The notes under the pieces: generated by a model
Told to the model about the DNA's origin: nothing
Database searches by the model: none
What the model saw: the letters and a program-made list of their open reading frames with translations, nothing else
Assembly (NCBI GenBank): GCA_963662545.2
Contig: CAXXLL010000003.1
Span: 1,632,001 to 1,696,000, forward strand
Length of the DNA: 64,000 bases
DNA from: Gammaproteobacteria bacterium
GTDB taxonomy: Bacteria; Pseudomonadota; Gammaproteobacteria; Ga0077536
Reading direction: 5' to 3'
Translations under genes and position numbers: made by a program
Part shown: piece by piece, positions 28,478-39,341 of the stretch
Position numbering within the stretch: the stretch's first letter is position 1
How the letters are laid out: every line of letters begins with the position of its first letter

Positions 28478-29980
28478 TTAAGCGAGACGTTTTCTTTCAT
28501 TAGATGGCGGAATTGCCATGGCTTCCCTGTATTTAGCAACCGTGCGACGCGCGATTTTGACCCCCTGGCTGGACAACAGCGCAGCTATCTTGTTATCGCT
28601 CAGCGGTTTTTCGATATTCTCCGCCGCGATGAATTTCTTAATCACCGCACGAATGGCCGTGGACGAAGCTTCGCCTCCCAAGGTCGTGCTGACGTGGCTG
28701 GAGAAAAAGTATTTCAGTTCGTAGATTCCTCGCGGCGTGTGCATGTATTTGCGAGTCGTTACGCGCGAGATTGTTGATTCATGCATTTCTAATGCTTCTG
28801 CAATATCGTGCAGGACAAGCGGTTTCATGGCTTCCTCGCCGTGTTCGAGAAATGCCCGTTGGCGTTCAACTATGGAAGTTGCGACTCGAAGCAGGGTTTC
28901 GCTTCGGCTCTGCAGGCTCTTTATGAACCATCGCGCTTCTTGTAGGTGAGCCTTAAGTGAGGAGTTATCCGTACTGTTATCCGCCCGTTTTATCATGCCC
29001 GCATAGTATGGATTTACGCGCAGCGGCGGAATCGTGTCTGCATTCAATTCAACGCGCCATCGTCCTTTCTCCTTGACTACGAATACATCCGGAACAATGT
29101 ATTCCGGTTGATCCGAATTGTACTGCGCGCCAGGACGTGGATTCATCGACTGAATAAGCGCGATTATCTTGGAAAGTTCTTCTTTGCTTACCTTGAATTT
29201 GCGCATCAATTGCTTATAGTCGCGTGCACCAAGTATCTCCATATACTCCGAGCAACAACGCCGAGCTTCTGCGAGCCATTCGGTTTCTTCCGGAAGCTGC
29301 GCGAGCTGTAGTAGGAGACACTCCCTGAGATCACGTGCCGCGACACCCGCGGGTTCCAGACCCTGAACCAACTTCAAGACCGCTTCAACTTCATCCGGCT
29401 CCGTGGCGACTTCGTCGTTAGCGGTTATCGTCGTGCATAAATCCTCGATCGAGGCATCCAAGTATCCGCCGCCGTTAAGTGCATCGATAATCGCCAGCAC
29501 GATGACGCGGTCGTTTTCACCCAGCGGCATCAGGTTGACTTGCCAGAGCAGATGCTCGGATAAAGATTCCTCCGCATTCGCCGTTGGTTCGACTTCACCA
29601 CCAAAGGCTTCGCGCATCCGCGGCCCCGAACCAGAGCTGGGCAACGAGTCGTAAATGTCTTCCCACTGAGTATCGACGGGAAGATCGGCGGGGATATCGT
29701 CGGTCGTCGTTGCGGTTTCCGTTTCCCTCGGATCGCCTCCGCCGACTTCGTCAGCAACTTCGTGTTCAATGTCACTCGATACATCGTCCTGAGTTTCGGG
29801 CGACAGGTCCTCGTACTCGTCGGAACCGTCCGCGAGTTCAAGCATCATGTTCGATTCGAGCGCCTCCTGGATTTCGACGGAGAGTTCCATCGAAGACAGC
29901 TGCAACAGCCGAATTGCCTGCTGTAGCTGCGGCGTCATCGTGAGATGCTGACCGAGCTTTAGTTGTAAGGACTGCTTCAT
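28478..29980 (-). CDS. rpoN: RNA polymerase sigma-54 factor
   Basis: MTPQLQQAIRLLQL, HESTISRVT, RpoN box ARRTVAKYRE. Confidence 0.98.
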   Translation of the reverse strand: MKQSLQLKLGQHLTMTPQLQQAIRLLQLSSMELSVEIQEALESNMMLELADGSDEYEDLSPETQDDVSSDIEHEVADEVGGGDPRETETATTTDDIPADLPVDTQWEDIYDSLPSSGSGPRMREAFGGEVEPTANAEESLSEHLLWQVNLMPLGENDRVIVLAIIDALNGGGYLDASIEDLCTTITANDEVATEPDEVEAVLKLVQGLEPAGVAARDLRECLLLQLAQLPEETEWLAEARRCCSEYMEILGARDYKQLMRKFKVSKEELSKIIALIQSMNPRPGAQYNSDQPEYIVPDVFVVKEKGRWRVELNADTIPPLRVNPYYAGMIKRADNSTDNSSLKAHLQEARWFIKSLQSRSETLLRVATSIVERQRAFLEHGEEAMKPLVLHDIAEALEMHESTISRVTTRKYMHTPRGIYELKYFFSSHVSTTLGGEASSTAIRAVIKKFIAAENIEKPLSDNKIAALLSSQGVKIARRTVAKYREAMAIPPSNERKRLA

Positions 29981-30162
29981 GAACCTCTACAGGAGGGCAG
30001 AATTATTGGCTAATACCTCATAGTTTAGCGCACCGTCGTAGAGGTTGGAACAATTATTGCATAACCGCTATCCGGACCGAGGACCTTGCGGGTTACACGG
30101 TCCTCTAATTGGAATTGTCGACCTTGGTAAGCTGTCGAGGAACCGTGGTTTTTGACCGCCCG

Positions 30163-30888
30163 TTATAGCGTGAATTTGTCACCGAGATAAACCTGGCGGA
30201 CTTTATCGTTCTTCAGAATCGCCTCCGCGTCACCTTCCGCGATGATCATGCCCTCGTTCACGATATAGGCGCGATCACATATCCTCAGCGTTTCCTGTAC
30301 GTTGTGATCAGTAATCAAAACGCCAATTCCGATCTGTTTGAGGTGGCTGATGATCCGCTGAATGTCACCCACAGATATCGGGTCAACACCTGCGAAAGGC
30401 TCATCCAGCAGGATGAATCTGGGCTGCGTCGCCAGTGAACGTGCGATCTCAACACGGCGTCGCTCGCCACCCGATAGGGACATGCCGAGATTATGTTTTA
30501 TATGCGCGATATGGAATTCGCGCAACAACGCATCGAGGCGGCGTTGCCTTTGATGTGCGTTCAAATCGGGAATGATCTCGAGTACGCCAAGAATGTTCTG
30601 TTCGACGGTAAGCTTGCGAAATACAGACGCTTCCTGGGGAAGATAACCCAGACCCTTGCGGGCCCGCACGTCCATCGGAAGCCGCGTCAGCTCCTCGCTA
30701 TCGAGATGAATCGATCCCCCCTCACTGGCGACCAGGCCTATGATCATGTAAAAGCTTGTCGTTTTGCCGGCCCCGTTTGGTCCCAGCAGGCCGATGATCT
30801 CGCCACTGTGGACCGTGAGGCTGACATCCTTTACGACCCGGCGCGAGCGATAGGTTTTGGCTAAATGGCGGACTGACAGGATACTCAT
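30163..30888 (-). CDS. lptB: LPS export ABC ATPase
   Basis: [36 protein letters not shown]. Confidence 0.96.
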   Translation of the reverse strand: MSILSVRHLAKTYRSRRVVKDVSLTVHSGEIIGLLGPNGAGKTTSFYMIIGLVASEGGSIHLDSEELTRLPMDVRARKGLGYLPQEASVFRKLTVEQNILGVLEIIPDLNAHQRQRRLDALLREFHIAHIKHNLGMSLSGGERRRVEIARSLATQPRFILLDEPFAGVDPISVGDIQRIISHLKQIGIGVLITDHNVQETLRICDRAYIVNEGMIIAEGDAEAILKNDKVRQVYLGDKFTL

Positions 30889-31035
30889 GGGTATTTTTGG
30901 AGGCGTTGTTATAGGCAGGTGACCCCAGCGCCATTTTCGAATCCGACAGGCGTCAAAGCTTACGAACCTTGAGGCGTGCCGTGGTGCGGCATTTGTCGAC
31001 TACCGGAATCCATGAAATCGGCGTCTATCCCGGTT

Positions 31036-31581
31036 TCATCGATCCCTCTTTTTCTTCGGTGGGATTATTATACGAACGCGGCCGCTTGTTTCCTTCGGCC
31101 GTTCGTCCTTGTCGGCTTTCCCAGCACGAGAGGAACGCGCCGTAATGATGCTTTTCTCGGTATCGTAATTGATTCTGTGTCCCTGAAATAATCTTTCACC
31201 TTGAGTCACCTTGGCTTTTTCGATCAGGAAAAGAAGGTTTTTCAGCGCATGGTATTCCATCAACAGCGCTTCGCCCTCGACGTCGTGGGCCGCATTATCC
31301 GGGGTTTGCCTGAAGGTCGCAGGCTGCCCTTCCAGATAAACTTCTTTGAGGTCTCGATCCTCGGTGAAATTGACCCGCAACCGATCGCCAGTCATCCGAA
31401 TGGAACCCTGGATCACGATCACGTTGCCCACGTATAGCGTTGTCCCCTCTTCGTCGTCAAGTTCGGCAAAGTCCGCTTCGATCTCGATCGGCTGCTCGGA
31501 GTCCGTGGACAAGGCCATGCATTGACCGCCGAATACAGCGAGCAGAATGGATAAAAATTCAACTTTGCGGTTTGACTTCAT
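31036..31581 (-). CDS. lptA: LPS transport periplasmic protein LptA
   Basis: ALSTDSEQPIEIEAD, GNVIVIQGSI, GRVRIII. Confidence 0.9.
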   Translation of the reverse strand: MKSNRKVEFLSILLAVFGGQCMALSTDSEQPIEIEADFAELDDEEGTTLYVGNVIVIQGSIRMTGDRLRVNFTEDRDLKEVYLEGQPATFRQTPDNAAHDVEGEALLMEYHALKNLLFLIEKAKVTQGERLFQGHRINYDTEKSIITARSSRAGKADKDERPKETSGRVRIIIPPKKKRDR

Positions 31582-32125
31582 GCCTGGTTCTCACCTGCTT
31601 GAGTAGTTCCAGGCGATCGTGCGCGAAATTCGCCCGCATGCCGATCGCGTGCGTAATGGTCGACGGACCGATGATAGTTGTTGGATTGTCGGATTCGGCA
31701 TATTGTTCCTTTGGCAATACCCTCAATTCCGACGTTATGACCTGATAGACGCGTTGTCCTGCTTTATCAAGCCGCCAGATCTCGACCGCTCCGTGCAACA
31801 GGACGACATCGTTACCGGAGCTTACCCAGCCGCGCTCTGCAATGACGTGCCAGGGTTCGACCTGCCCATTGTAAATCTCAAGATGGGGACTAGCCAATTC
31901 CGTCGAATCGTCGTCGGGGAAATGCTCGACGAGTTCCGCACGCAGTATGTTTTTAAGCTCGCCCTCGATTCCAGTGGTTGTGCGAATCATGTTCTCGATG
32001 TAGTAATCGGGCTCGTGCGGGTCGGGCAGGCGCGCCGCGACCTCCTCCTGATCCAGATTTTGCCACAACCAGAAACTGAAAATGCCCAGCAGTAACGTGA
32101 CGGTCGCAGTTAGCCACGCACTCAC
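31559..32125 (-). CDS. lptC: LPS export protein LptC
   Basis: N-terminal TM, PDYYIEN, HFPDDDST; lies between kdsC and lptA. Confidence 0.88.
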   Translation of the reverse strand: MSAWLTATVTLLLGIFSFWLWQNLDQEEVAARLPDPHEPDYYIENMIRTTTGIEGELKNILRAELVEHFPDDDSTELASPHLEIYNGQVEPWHVIAERGWVSSGNDVVLLHGAVEIWRLDKAGQRVYQVITSELRVLPKEQYAESDNPTTIIGPSTITHAIGMRANFAHDRLELLKQVRTRHEVKPQS

Positions 32126-32128
32126 CAG

Positions 32129-32683
32129 TCACTCCTGGAATGTCGCTTCAGGCGCTGCTTTTCCACGCGCCGGTTTTCTATTTAGCTGGGCGTAAGCGTA
32201 TTGAATCAAATCACAGACGTCACGCACCGCGCCGTTACCGCCAGGCCGGGTTGTGATCCACATTGCAGCTTCGCGTACACGCTTTTCAGCATCGGCGACC
32301 GCGACCGGGAATCCGACAGCGTTCATAACGACGATATCCGGTTCATCATCGCCCACATAACAAACATTCTCTGCACTGATACCTTCTGTATCGAGAATCG
32401 ATTTGAGCATTGCAAGCTTGTCTTGCACGCCTTGATAAACATGCTTGATCGCCAGTTCTTTCATACGCGTATTGACGGCCTGTGAGACGCGCCCGGTAAT
32501 CACGGCCCGCTCGACCCCCATTTTTCCAAGCATAACGAGCCCGTGACCGTCGCGTACATTGAAGGCCTTATATTCGTGGCCATCGGATCCCAGCATAATG
32601 CTACCGTCGGTCATGACGCCGTCGACGTCGAATACAGCCAATTCGATCCGTGCCGCACGATCGACGATTTTCGAATCGTCCAC
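32129..32683 (-). CDS. kdsC: KDO 8-phosphate phosphatase
   Basis: FDVDGVMTDG, FNVRDGHG, GDDEPD, GGNGAVR. Confidence 0.93.
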   Translation of the reverse strand: MDDSKIVDRAARIELAVFDVDGVMTDGSIMLGSDGHEYKAFNVRDGHGLVMLGKMGVERAVITGRVSQAVNTRMKELAIKHVYQGVQDKLAMLKSILDTEGISAENVCYVGDDEPDIVVMNAVGFPVAVADAEKRVREAAMWITTRPGGNGAVRDVCDLIQYAYAQLNRKPARGKAAPEATFQE

Positions 32684-33693
32684 TACAGCACTCTTGCTCT
32701 CAGGAGATCATGCATATTAAGCACGCCGGCAAGTTTATTGTCATCGTCGACTACCAGCAGGGCGTTGATCTTATGCTCCTGCATAATCCTCAGCGCCTCG
32801 GCAGCAAGAACGTCATGGCCGACGGTTTGGCAATTGTGGGTCATGACGTCTTTCATGCGCGCCTCCCGAACGTCGTGGTCTCGTTCGAACACGCGGCGCA
32901 GATCACCGTCGGTAAAGATCCCCTCGACTTTACCCTGCGCGCCCACGATGGCCGTCAACCCAAGTCCGGAACGGGTCATTTCGACCAGCGCCTCGGAAAG
33001 AGTCGATGTCGGTCGCACAACCGGCATCTCATCGCCAGTGTGCATGAGGTCGTCGATTTTTAATAAAAGCCTGCGTCCGAGGGTCCCCCCAGGATGCGCA
33101 CGCGCGAAATCCCGCTCCGTGAACCCGCGCGTTTGCAGCATGGCAATCGCCAACGCGTCACCCATTGCGAGCGCCGCCGTCGTACTCGAGGTGGGAGCCA
33201 GCCCGAGCGGACACGCTTCTTCTTTCACATCAACGTGAATGTGCACCGTGGCCGCCGTCGCCAAGGTCGATCCTGGGTGACCGGTAATGGCGATAAAGGG
33301 AATACCGAGCCGCTTGATCAGCGGCAGAAGAATGATCAGTTCGTCTGTTTCCCCGGAATTGGAAAAGGCAAGTACGACGTCCAGGGCCGTGATCATGCCC
33401 ATGTCGCCATGGCTGGCTTCGCCGGGATGTACGAAAAAAGCCGGGGTCCCGGTACTCGCCAAGGTTGCTGCTACCTTGCCTCCGATGTGTCCGGATTTAC
33501 CCATGCCAAGCACGACGACCCGTCCATTGCATTCGAGCATGTAGCGGGCCGCTTCGACGAAAGATTCGTCGACGCGCTTGATCAGGTCGACCAGGGTCCG
33601 AGCCTCTATTTCCAGCACGGCTTTACCCATGTCCGCCAGATTTTTAGCGTCGTCATCCTGGTAGGTGACGGGGTGATCGGGTTTAGAAGACAT
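32683..33693 (-). CDS. kdsD: Arabinose-5-phosphate isomerase
   Basis: GMGKSGHIG, EASHGD, EACPLGLAPTSST, C-terminal CBS pair. Confidence 0.95.
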   Translation of the reverse strand: MSSKPDHPVTYQDDDAKNLADMGKAVLEIEARTLVDLIKRVDESFVEAARYMLECNGRVVVLGMGKSGHIGGKVAATLASTGTPAFFVHPGEASHGDMGMITALDVVLAFSNSGETDELIILLPLIKRLGIPFIAITGHPGSTLATAATVHIHVDVKEEACPLGLAPTSSTTAALAMGDALAIAMLQTRGFTERDFARAHPGGTLGRRLLLKIDDLMHTGDEMPVVRPTSTLSEALVEMTRSGLGLTAIVGAQGKVEGIFTDGDLRRVFERDHDVREARMKDVMTHNCQTVGHDVLAAEALRIMQEHKINALLVVDDDNKLAGVLNMHDLLRARVL

Positions 33694-33750
33694 GATGCGA
33701 TGCTCCCTCCTGAATCAGTCAGTAGGTACGCGGACTTAATCAAACTTTCA

Positions 33751-34704
33751 TCAAAAAAGAAAGTATTGATACCCGATGAAAGCGCTCAGCAACAACATGC
33801 CCTCTATACGGTTGATGCGGCCGGGCCGTTTATAGGACCACGACATCAGGAATAACGCTACGGTCAACGCCAACATGATGGGGACGTCGCGCCGAATAAC
33901 TTCGGCGCCGAACTCCGTCGGGCGGATCAAAGCCGGTGTGGCGAGCACCCCCAGAGCGTTGAACATGTTGGACCCTATGATATTGCCCAGGGCGATTTCG
34001 GGTTGATTCTTCAAAGCGCTAATAATTGAAGCGGCGAGTTCAGGCAGGCTCGTACCCACCGCCACTATGGTCAAGCCTATGACAATGTCACTCAGGCCGA
34101 AATGGCGGGCGATTTCGACGGCGCCGGAAACGAGCAGATTCGATCCCATCAACAGCATCGCAAGGCCAGCCACGATCCAGAACAAGGCTCCGGTTGTCGA
34201 CATCTGCCCGGCCAGCTCGTCGTCGAATTCCTGAACGAGGGGATCAGTGCTCCGCGCCCGTAATCCAAGCCACACGGTACAGAAAAACGCTACGAAAAAT
34301 CCGCCGATCAAGAGCACGCCATCGACACGGGTCAGCGAACGATCCCACAGTAAGAAGGACGCGAACAGCAGCGCGGCGAACATGATGGGGAATTCGCGCT
34401 GTAGGATCTGCGACCGAACAGTCAGGGGAGCGAGGATCGCGGTAACTCCGAGCACGAGACCGATATTGGCAATGTTCGATCCAATGGCATTGCCGATGCC
34501 CATGGTGGGATTGCCGTTCAATGCAGCAACTCCCGATACCAGCATTTCGGGTATTGACGTCGCGAATCCGACGATGACGAGACCTATCAGAAGCGGTTGA
34601 ACCCCGAAATTGGCTGCCGTGGCCGCCGCGCCGTCTACGAAACGATCGGCACCATAGGTCAACAAGATCAGCCCGACGCAAACAACCCCAAACGCTTCTA
34701 ACAT
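33751..34704 (-). CDS. yrbG: Calcium/sodium antiporter (YrbG family)
   Basis: Two alpha repeats: ATSIPE...GNAIGSNIAN and GTSLPE...GNIIGSNMFN. Confidence 0.88.
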   Translation of the reverse strand: MLEAFGVVCVGLILLTYGADRFVDGAAATAANFGVQPLLIGLVIVGFATSIPEMLVSGVAALNGNPTMGIGNAIGSNIANIGLVLGVTAILAPLTVRSQILQREFPIMFAALLFASFLLWDRSLTRVDGVLLIGGFFVAFFCTVWLGLRARSTDPLVQEFDDELAGQMSTTGALFWIVAGLAMLLMGSNLLVSGAVEIARHFGLSDIVIGLTIVAVGTSLPELAASIISALKNQPEIALGNIIGSNMFNALGVLATPALIRPTEFGAEVIRRDVPIMLALTVALFLMSWSYKRPGRINRIEGMLLLSAFIGYQYFLF

Positions 34705-34811
34705 GACTCCGTTGCGCCAGCCGACATGGCGTCAATGATGCCAGATTGAGGATGGCGATGACACATACGCCTGGTAATGAGTCAGACGTATAATGTTATT
34801 TAAGGAAGGCA

Positions 34812-35489
34812 GTGATGATCGTGAAAGCCATGATCCTCGCGGCGGGTAAAGGCGAACGCCTGGCGCCGTTGACGAATACCGTGCCAAAGCCGTTGATCAA
34901 AGTCGACGGCGAAACTTTGATACAACGTCATTTGACCGCACTTGCCGGCGCCGGAATCGAAAGCGTCGTCATTAATGTTTCCCATCTCGGCGATCGTATT
35001 GAACAGCGTATAGGTATTGGCGGCGGACCCGGTATCGAAATCATATATTCGCGGGAACCCGGCGAGCCACTGGAAACGGGTGGCGGGATCCTGCGAGCAT
35101 TACCGTTGCTGGGACAAGATCCTTTTCTGGTCGTTAATGCGGACATCTGGACGGATTACGATTTCGGTTCTTGCAGGATTCGGGGAGATGCCGCGGCGCA
35201 TATCGTATTGGTCCCGAATCCACCGCATCACGCTGCCGGAGATTTCACGCTGAACGGTTTCGAGATCGAACGCCGCGAGCAGAATCCTTATACCTATTCG
35301 GGCATTGGCGTTTATACATCGGCATTTTTCACCGGCGTGACGCAAGAGCGATTTCCGCTGGCACCGTTGCTGATCGAGCACGCTCGTAGCGGCCGTCTTT
35401 CAGGCGAAGTCCACGCTGGCGCCTGGTTCGATATCGGCACGCCTGAACGCCTGGAACGGTTGCGCGAGATGCTTGGCGCGCAGGGGTGA
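34812..35489 (+). CDS. murU: MurNAc-alpha-1-phosphate uridylyltransferase (MurU-like)
   Basis: KAMILAAGKGERLAPLT..PKPL, LETGGGI, NPPHH..GDF, DIGTPERL. Confidence 0.82.
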   Translation: MMIVKAMILAAGKGERLAPLTNTVPKPLIKVDGETLIQRHLTALAGAGIESVVINVSHLGDRIEQRIGIGGGPGIEIIYSREPGEPLETGGGILRALPLLGQDPFLVVNADIWTDYDFGSCRIRGDAAAHIVLVPNPPHHAAGDFTLNGFEIERREQNPYTYSGIGVYTSAFFTGVTQERFPLAPLLIEHARSGRLSGEVHAGAWFDIGTPERLERLREMLGAQG

Positions 35490-35651
35490 TCCAACCTACG
35501 GCCGCGAATGAAAGCGGTGTCGAATGCTTGACCTCAAATGCGTAACAAGCGATAATGTTGCAGCGCAATAAGTACAGCCCGCGCACGGCGTCACCTCACC
35601 CACGGCTGACGACCCGATGAAGCTCCCAATTTTATCGACGGATCAGCCGCG

Positions 35652-37724
35652 ATGCCGATGGCGCGTTTTCTCATGCTTGGTCGGCGGGTTATCCAGTGCC
35701 CGCGAAGATCTTATTTGCTCGTCGCCACGGCAGCTATTGCACTCTTTTTCCAGCCGGTCCCGGCGGCTGGGAAAACGCCCGTAAAGAACGATCCGCGCGT
35801 ACTGCGCGTATTGAAACTCAAGCACCACGAAATCAACCACCCGCATCGCGATACCAACGGTGAGTTCCGCATGCTCACCGATTTTGCGCGCCGGCAGGGT
35901 ATGACCATCATGTGGTTGGACGCGTATCAACCCAGCGAACTTCATAGCCGGCTGCTAAAGGGCGAAGGCGATGTCGTGGTCGCCGATCTGCCGCCGTCAC
36001 TGATCGTTGATCCGCACCTAAGCGCGAGTGTCCCGATGGGTGAATACCGTTATTCGGTGATCGGCCGCCACGGTATCGCCGCGAGCCACCCCGGAGAACT
36101 CGGCGGTTACCGGGTGGCCGTGCCGCTGGCGTCACCCTTGTGGCCCTATTTCAATCGGCTACAAAGTCGCGTGCCCGACATCAGCATCGTCGTCCTGCCC
36201 GTCGATACCTCCCGTGACACGATACTGAAAGCTACGTCGGACGGTGATTACGATATCGCCGTGATCCCCCAGCGACCCGACGAAGATCCGCTCGAAAATC
36301 TACCCGGGCTCAAGACGCTATTCGAATTGTCCGATCTCAGATCGGTGAGCTGGTATTTCCGCAAGAAAGGAGGCCGGCTCAGGGACGACGTCAACCGATA
36401 CCTGCAACGGTTTCATGCTTCGTTTCTCGCTCCGCGCGCAGTACTCGGCGATCTGGACGACATCAAACGGCGCCGTGTGCTACGCGTCATTACGAGGGTC
36501 GATCCGCAAAATTATTTTCTGAGGGGCGGCCAACCCGTCGGCTTCGAATACGAACTGGTCCGCCTTTTTACCCGAGAGCGTGGACTCAGCGTCGAGTTTC
36601 TCGTGGGCGAAACGGATCAGCAGATATTGAATTGGCTGCGCACGGGCGCTGGCGACGTCATCACGACACGGATCAACGCACGCGACGTCCGAATCGATCC
36701 GGCGCTCGAACAATCGCGCGATTATTTTCATTCCGCTTCCGTCATCATCAGCCGTCGCGGCAACGATATATCGCGCCCTGAACACCTGCATGGCAAACGA
36801 GTCGCGGTGCTGGGAAGTACGGTCCACCATCGAGCACTGGGAGAACTCGTAGCTGCCGGAACGGCCATCGAACCCATAATCATCAGCCCTGATACGCCAT
36901 TGGATAGCATCATCGATCAGCTGGAGAATTGGGTTATCGATGCCGCGATCGTCGATGCCTATGCGGTCGACGACATACGCGACGGACATCCGCTGATTCA
37001 AGCGGGTGCTTCATTGCCCGTGCAGTTTAAATACGCATGGACCGTGCGTACGCACGATACGAATTTACGCGCCGCGGTCGACGATCTTTTGCGCGATCAA
37101 TTTCGCATGGAGACTTAGAACGTGCTGGGACGGCGATACTTCGGCCGCTCGCGCTACACTCAATTTTCACACCTCGGGCGTCTTTCGCCGTATGACGACC
37201 TGGTTCAGCGGTACGCGGATACCTACGATTTCGACTGGCGATTAATCGTCGCGCAAATGTACCAGGAGAGTCATTTCGACCCCGGCGCGCAATCAGATGC
37301 CGGTGCTCTCGGTCTGATGCAGCTGCTTCCCGGCACCGCGCAAGACATGGGCGTCAGCGATCCGTTCGATCCGGAAGCAGGGATTCGAGGAGGCATCAAG
37401 TACCTGCGTTACTTATGGAACCGTTTCGATGATCAGGTTTCTCCGCGGGAGCGCACGTGGTTTGCGCTGGCCTCATACAATATCGGGTTCAATCGAATCG
37501 ACCTGGCGCGACGTCGAGCCCAAGAGCAAGCCTTGGATCCGAATCTTTGGTTCGGGCACGTCGAGCAGGCGATGCGCACGATGTCGAACGACGACAGGCC
37601 GTGCCGATGCGGCCAGACCGTCGTCTACGTTCGGGCTATACGCTCGCTCTACAATACCTATCATCGCCTGCGCGAGACATTGACCGCGGGCCTGACTTCG
37701 ATAACGCACGCTCCGACAATTTGA
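35652..37724 (+). pseudogene. mltF: MltF-like lytic transglycosylase (two substrate-binding domains plus SLT) interrupted by one in-frame TAG at 37116-37118
   Basis: GDLDDIKRRRVLRVIT / GFEYELV in the first ORF; SPYDDLV..YQESHF..GLMQL..ASYNIG in the second ORF, same frame, separated by TAG-AAC. Confidence 0.72.
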
Positions 37725-37796
37725 CCAGCCCGTCGATTGCACAAATGCGGTCGCGACGTTCAAACGCACCGGTTCTTCGCGGGGATCCGTCGTTCT

Positions 37797-38498
37797 TCAT
37801 CCAATAAGCGGGCTAGACGATTCCCCGTAGCGGGTCGGATCGGCAATACCTGCGGCCGCGAAACCATCGCGGCGGATGCGACATGCATCGCAACTTCCGC
37901 AGGCGAGGGCCATGTCATTTGGCTGATAACAACTCACCGTAAGGCTGTAATCGACGCCCAACGCGGTGCCTGTCTTGATGATTTCGGCTTTCGTCATCTC
38001 GATCAACGGGGCCTCGATGGAAACACCGCGGCCCTCTACGCCGGCCTTTGTTGCCGATACGGCCAGACGCTGGAATTGTTCGATGTATTCCGGCCTGCAA
38101 TCAGGGTAACCAGAATAATCAACGGCGTTGACGCCGATATGAATTTCGCGCGCGTCGAGAACTTCGCTCCAACCCAGTGCAATGGCGAGCATGACCGTAT
38201 TGCGCGCAGGCACGTAGGTGACCGGGATACCGGATGTCGGCGCATTGGGAATCGTGATGGCATCGTCGGTCAGTGCGGATCCGCCGAACTGGCCGTAATC
38301 GATTCTGACGATCCGATGTTCGACGGCCCCCAAAACGGCGGCTATGCGTTTCGCCGCATCAAGTTCGCACGCGTGCCGCTGACCGTAATCGATACTCAAC
38401 GCATAACAGAGTTGGCCTCGTCCGCGCGCGAGCGCGAGTACGGTCGCGGAATCGAGTCCGCCCGAAAGCAGGATAACTGCCGACGGCTCAGCGTCCAG
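37797..38498 (-). CDS. queC: 7-cyano-7-deazaguanine synthase; start apparently non-canonical (CTG 38498)
   Basis: The frame extends upstream of the tracked TTG as [14 protein letters not shown]; YVPARN, YPDCR, SCY, CGSCDAC. Confidence 0.9.
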   Translation of the reverse strand: MDAEPSAVILLSGGLDSATVLALARGRGQLCYALSIDYGQRHACELDAAKRIAAVLGAVEHRIVRIDYGQFGGSALTDDAITIPNAPTSGIPVTYVPARNTVMLAIALGWSEVLDAREIHIGVNAVDYSGYPDCRPEYIEQFQRLAVSATKAGVEGRGVSIEAPLIEMTKAEIIKTGTALGVDYSLTVSCYQPNDMALACGSCDACRIRRDGFAAAGIADPTRYGESSSPLIG

Positions 38499-39159
38499 GG
38501 ACGTCTCCCCAAAGATATTTATGAAGCTGTACCTGCAGCCGTACGTTCAGTGTATCTTCGAGTATCCACTCGGCCAGTTCCCGCGCTTCGACGGCACCGT
38601 GGCTGGGTGAGAACAGGATTTCAACGTCTCCGTTGATTTGCACCTCCGAAATTCTCGCGCGGCTCCATTCGTAATCGGCGCGTCCGCAAATGACGAACTT
38701 CACCTGATCCGGCCCGTGCAAATGCTCAAGATTCGACCACAAGTTCCGCTTAACCTCGCCCGATCCGGGTGTCTTGATGTCGAGGACCTTCATGACCCGA
38801 GTATCTACGCACGCAACATCCATCGCACCGCTCGTTTCCAGCGACACCTCAAGGTTCGCATCACACAAGCGCGTCAGGAGTTCGAACGCACCGTACTGCG
38901 CAAGAGGCTCACCGCCCGTCAAGGTCACGCGGGGTACATCAAATTCCTGTACTTGCTCGATGACCGCATCGATGCTCATCAACTGACCGCCTGAAAATGC
39001 GTAGGCGGTGTCACAGTAAACACACCGAAGTGGGCATCCGGTGGTCCGGACGAACACGGTCGGGCGTCCAACACGGGTGGATTCGCCCTGTATGGACAGA
39101 AATATTTCAGTGATTCGCAAGGTACCCGCGTCGGACGCGGTCGGCTGCGAGGTATCCAT
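38488..39159 (-). CDS. queE: 7-carboxy-7-deazaguanine synthase (radical SAM)
   Basis: [30 protein letters not shown]. Confidence 0.95.
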   Translation of the reverse strand: MDTSQPTASDAGTLRITEIFLSIQGESTRVGRPTVFVRTTGCPLRCVYCDTAYAFSGGQLMSIDAVIEQVQEFDVPRVTLTGGEPLAQYGAFELLTRLCDANLEVSLETSGAMDVACVDTRVMKVLDIKTPGSGEVKRNLWSNLEHLHGPDQVKFVICGRADYEWSRARISEVQINGDVEILFSPSHGAVEARELAEWILEDTLNVRLQVQLHKYLWGDVPGR

Positions 39160-39179
39160 GGAAGGAGAAAGCCGTTTAG

Positions 39180-39341
39180 GGAACCTCTGAATAAGTCATG
39201 GTGCGTCTGAATGGTTCATGCAATGGTGCAGATCAAGGCACGAATCGCAGGCAATAGCGGGGACTATTGGCAAGGTTCGTAACACAGAGCTGCGCGATTT
39301 CATGGGCAAGGCAGATGGGCCATGACTTATTCAGAGGTTCC
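39180..39341. mobile_element. MITE family A, copy 4 (162 bp, exact TTAG duplication) between cpoB and queE
   Basis: TTAG-GGAACCTCTGAATAAGTCATGG...CCATGACTTATTCAGAGGTTCC-TTAG; the right TTAG contains the cpoB stop. Confidence 0.9.

Noticed and set aside
37116-37118. Amber recoding or pyrrolysine read-through as a genome-wide system
   Set aside because: TAG terminates queG, trpC, polA and ruvA at their expected ends; no pyl genes or suppressor tRNA in the window.
38399-38490. Frameshift in queC
   Set aside because: The SGGLDS N-terminus is in the same frame as the tracked ORF; only the start codon is atypical.
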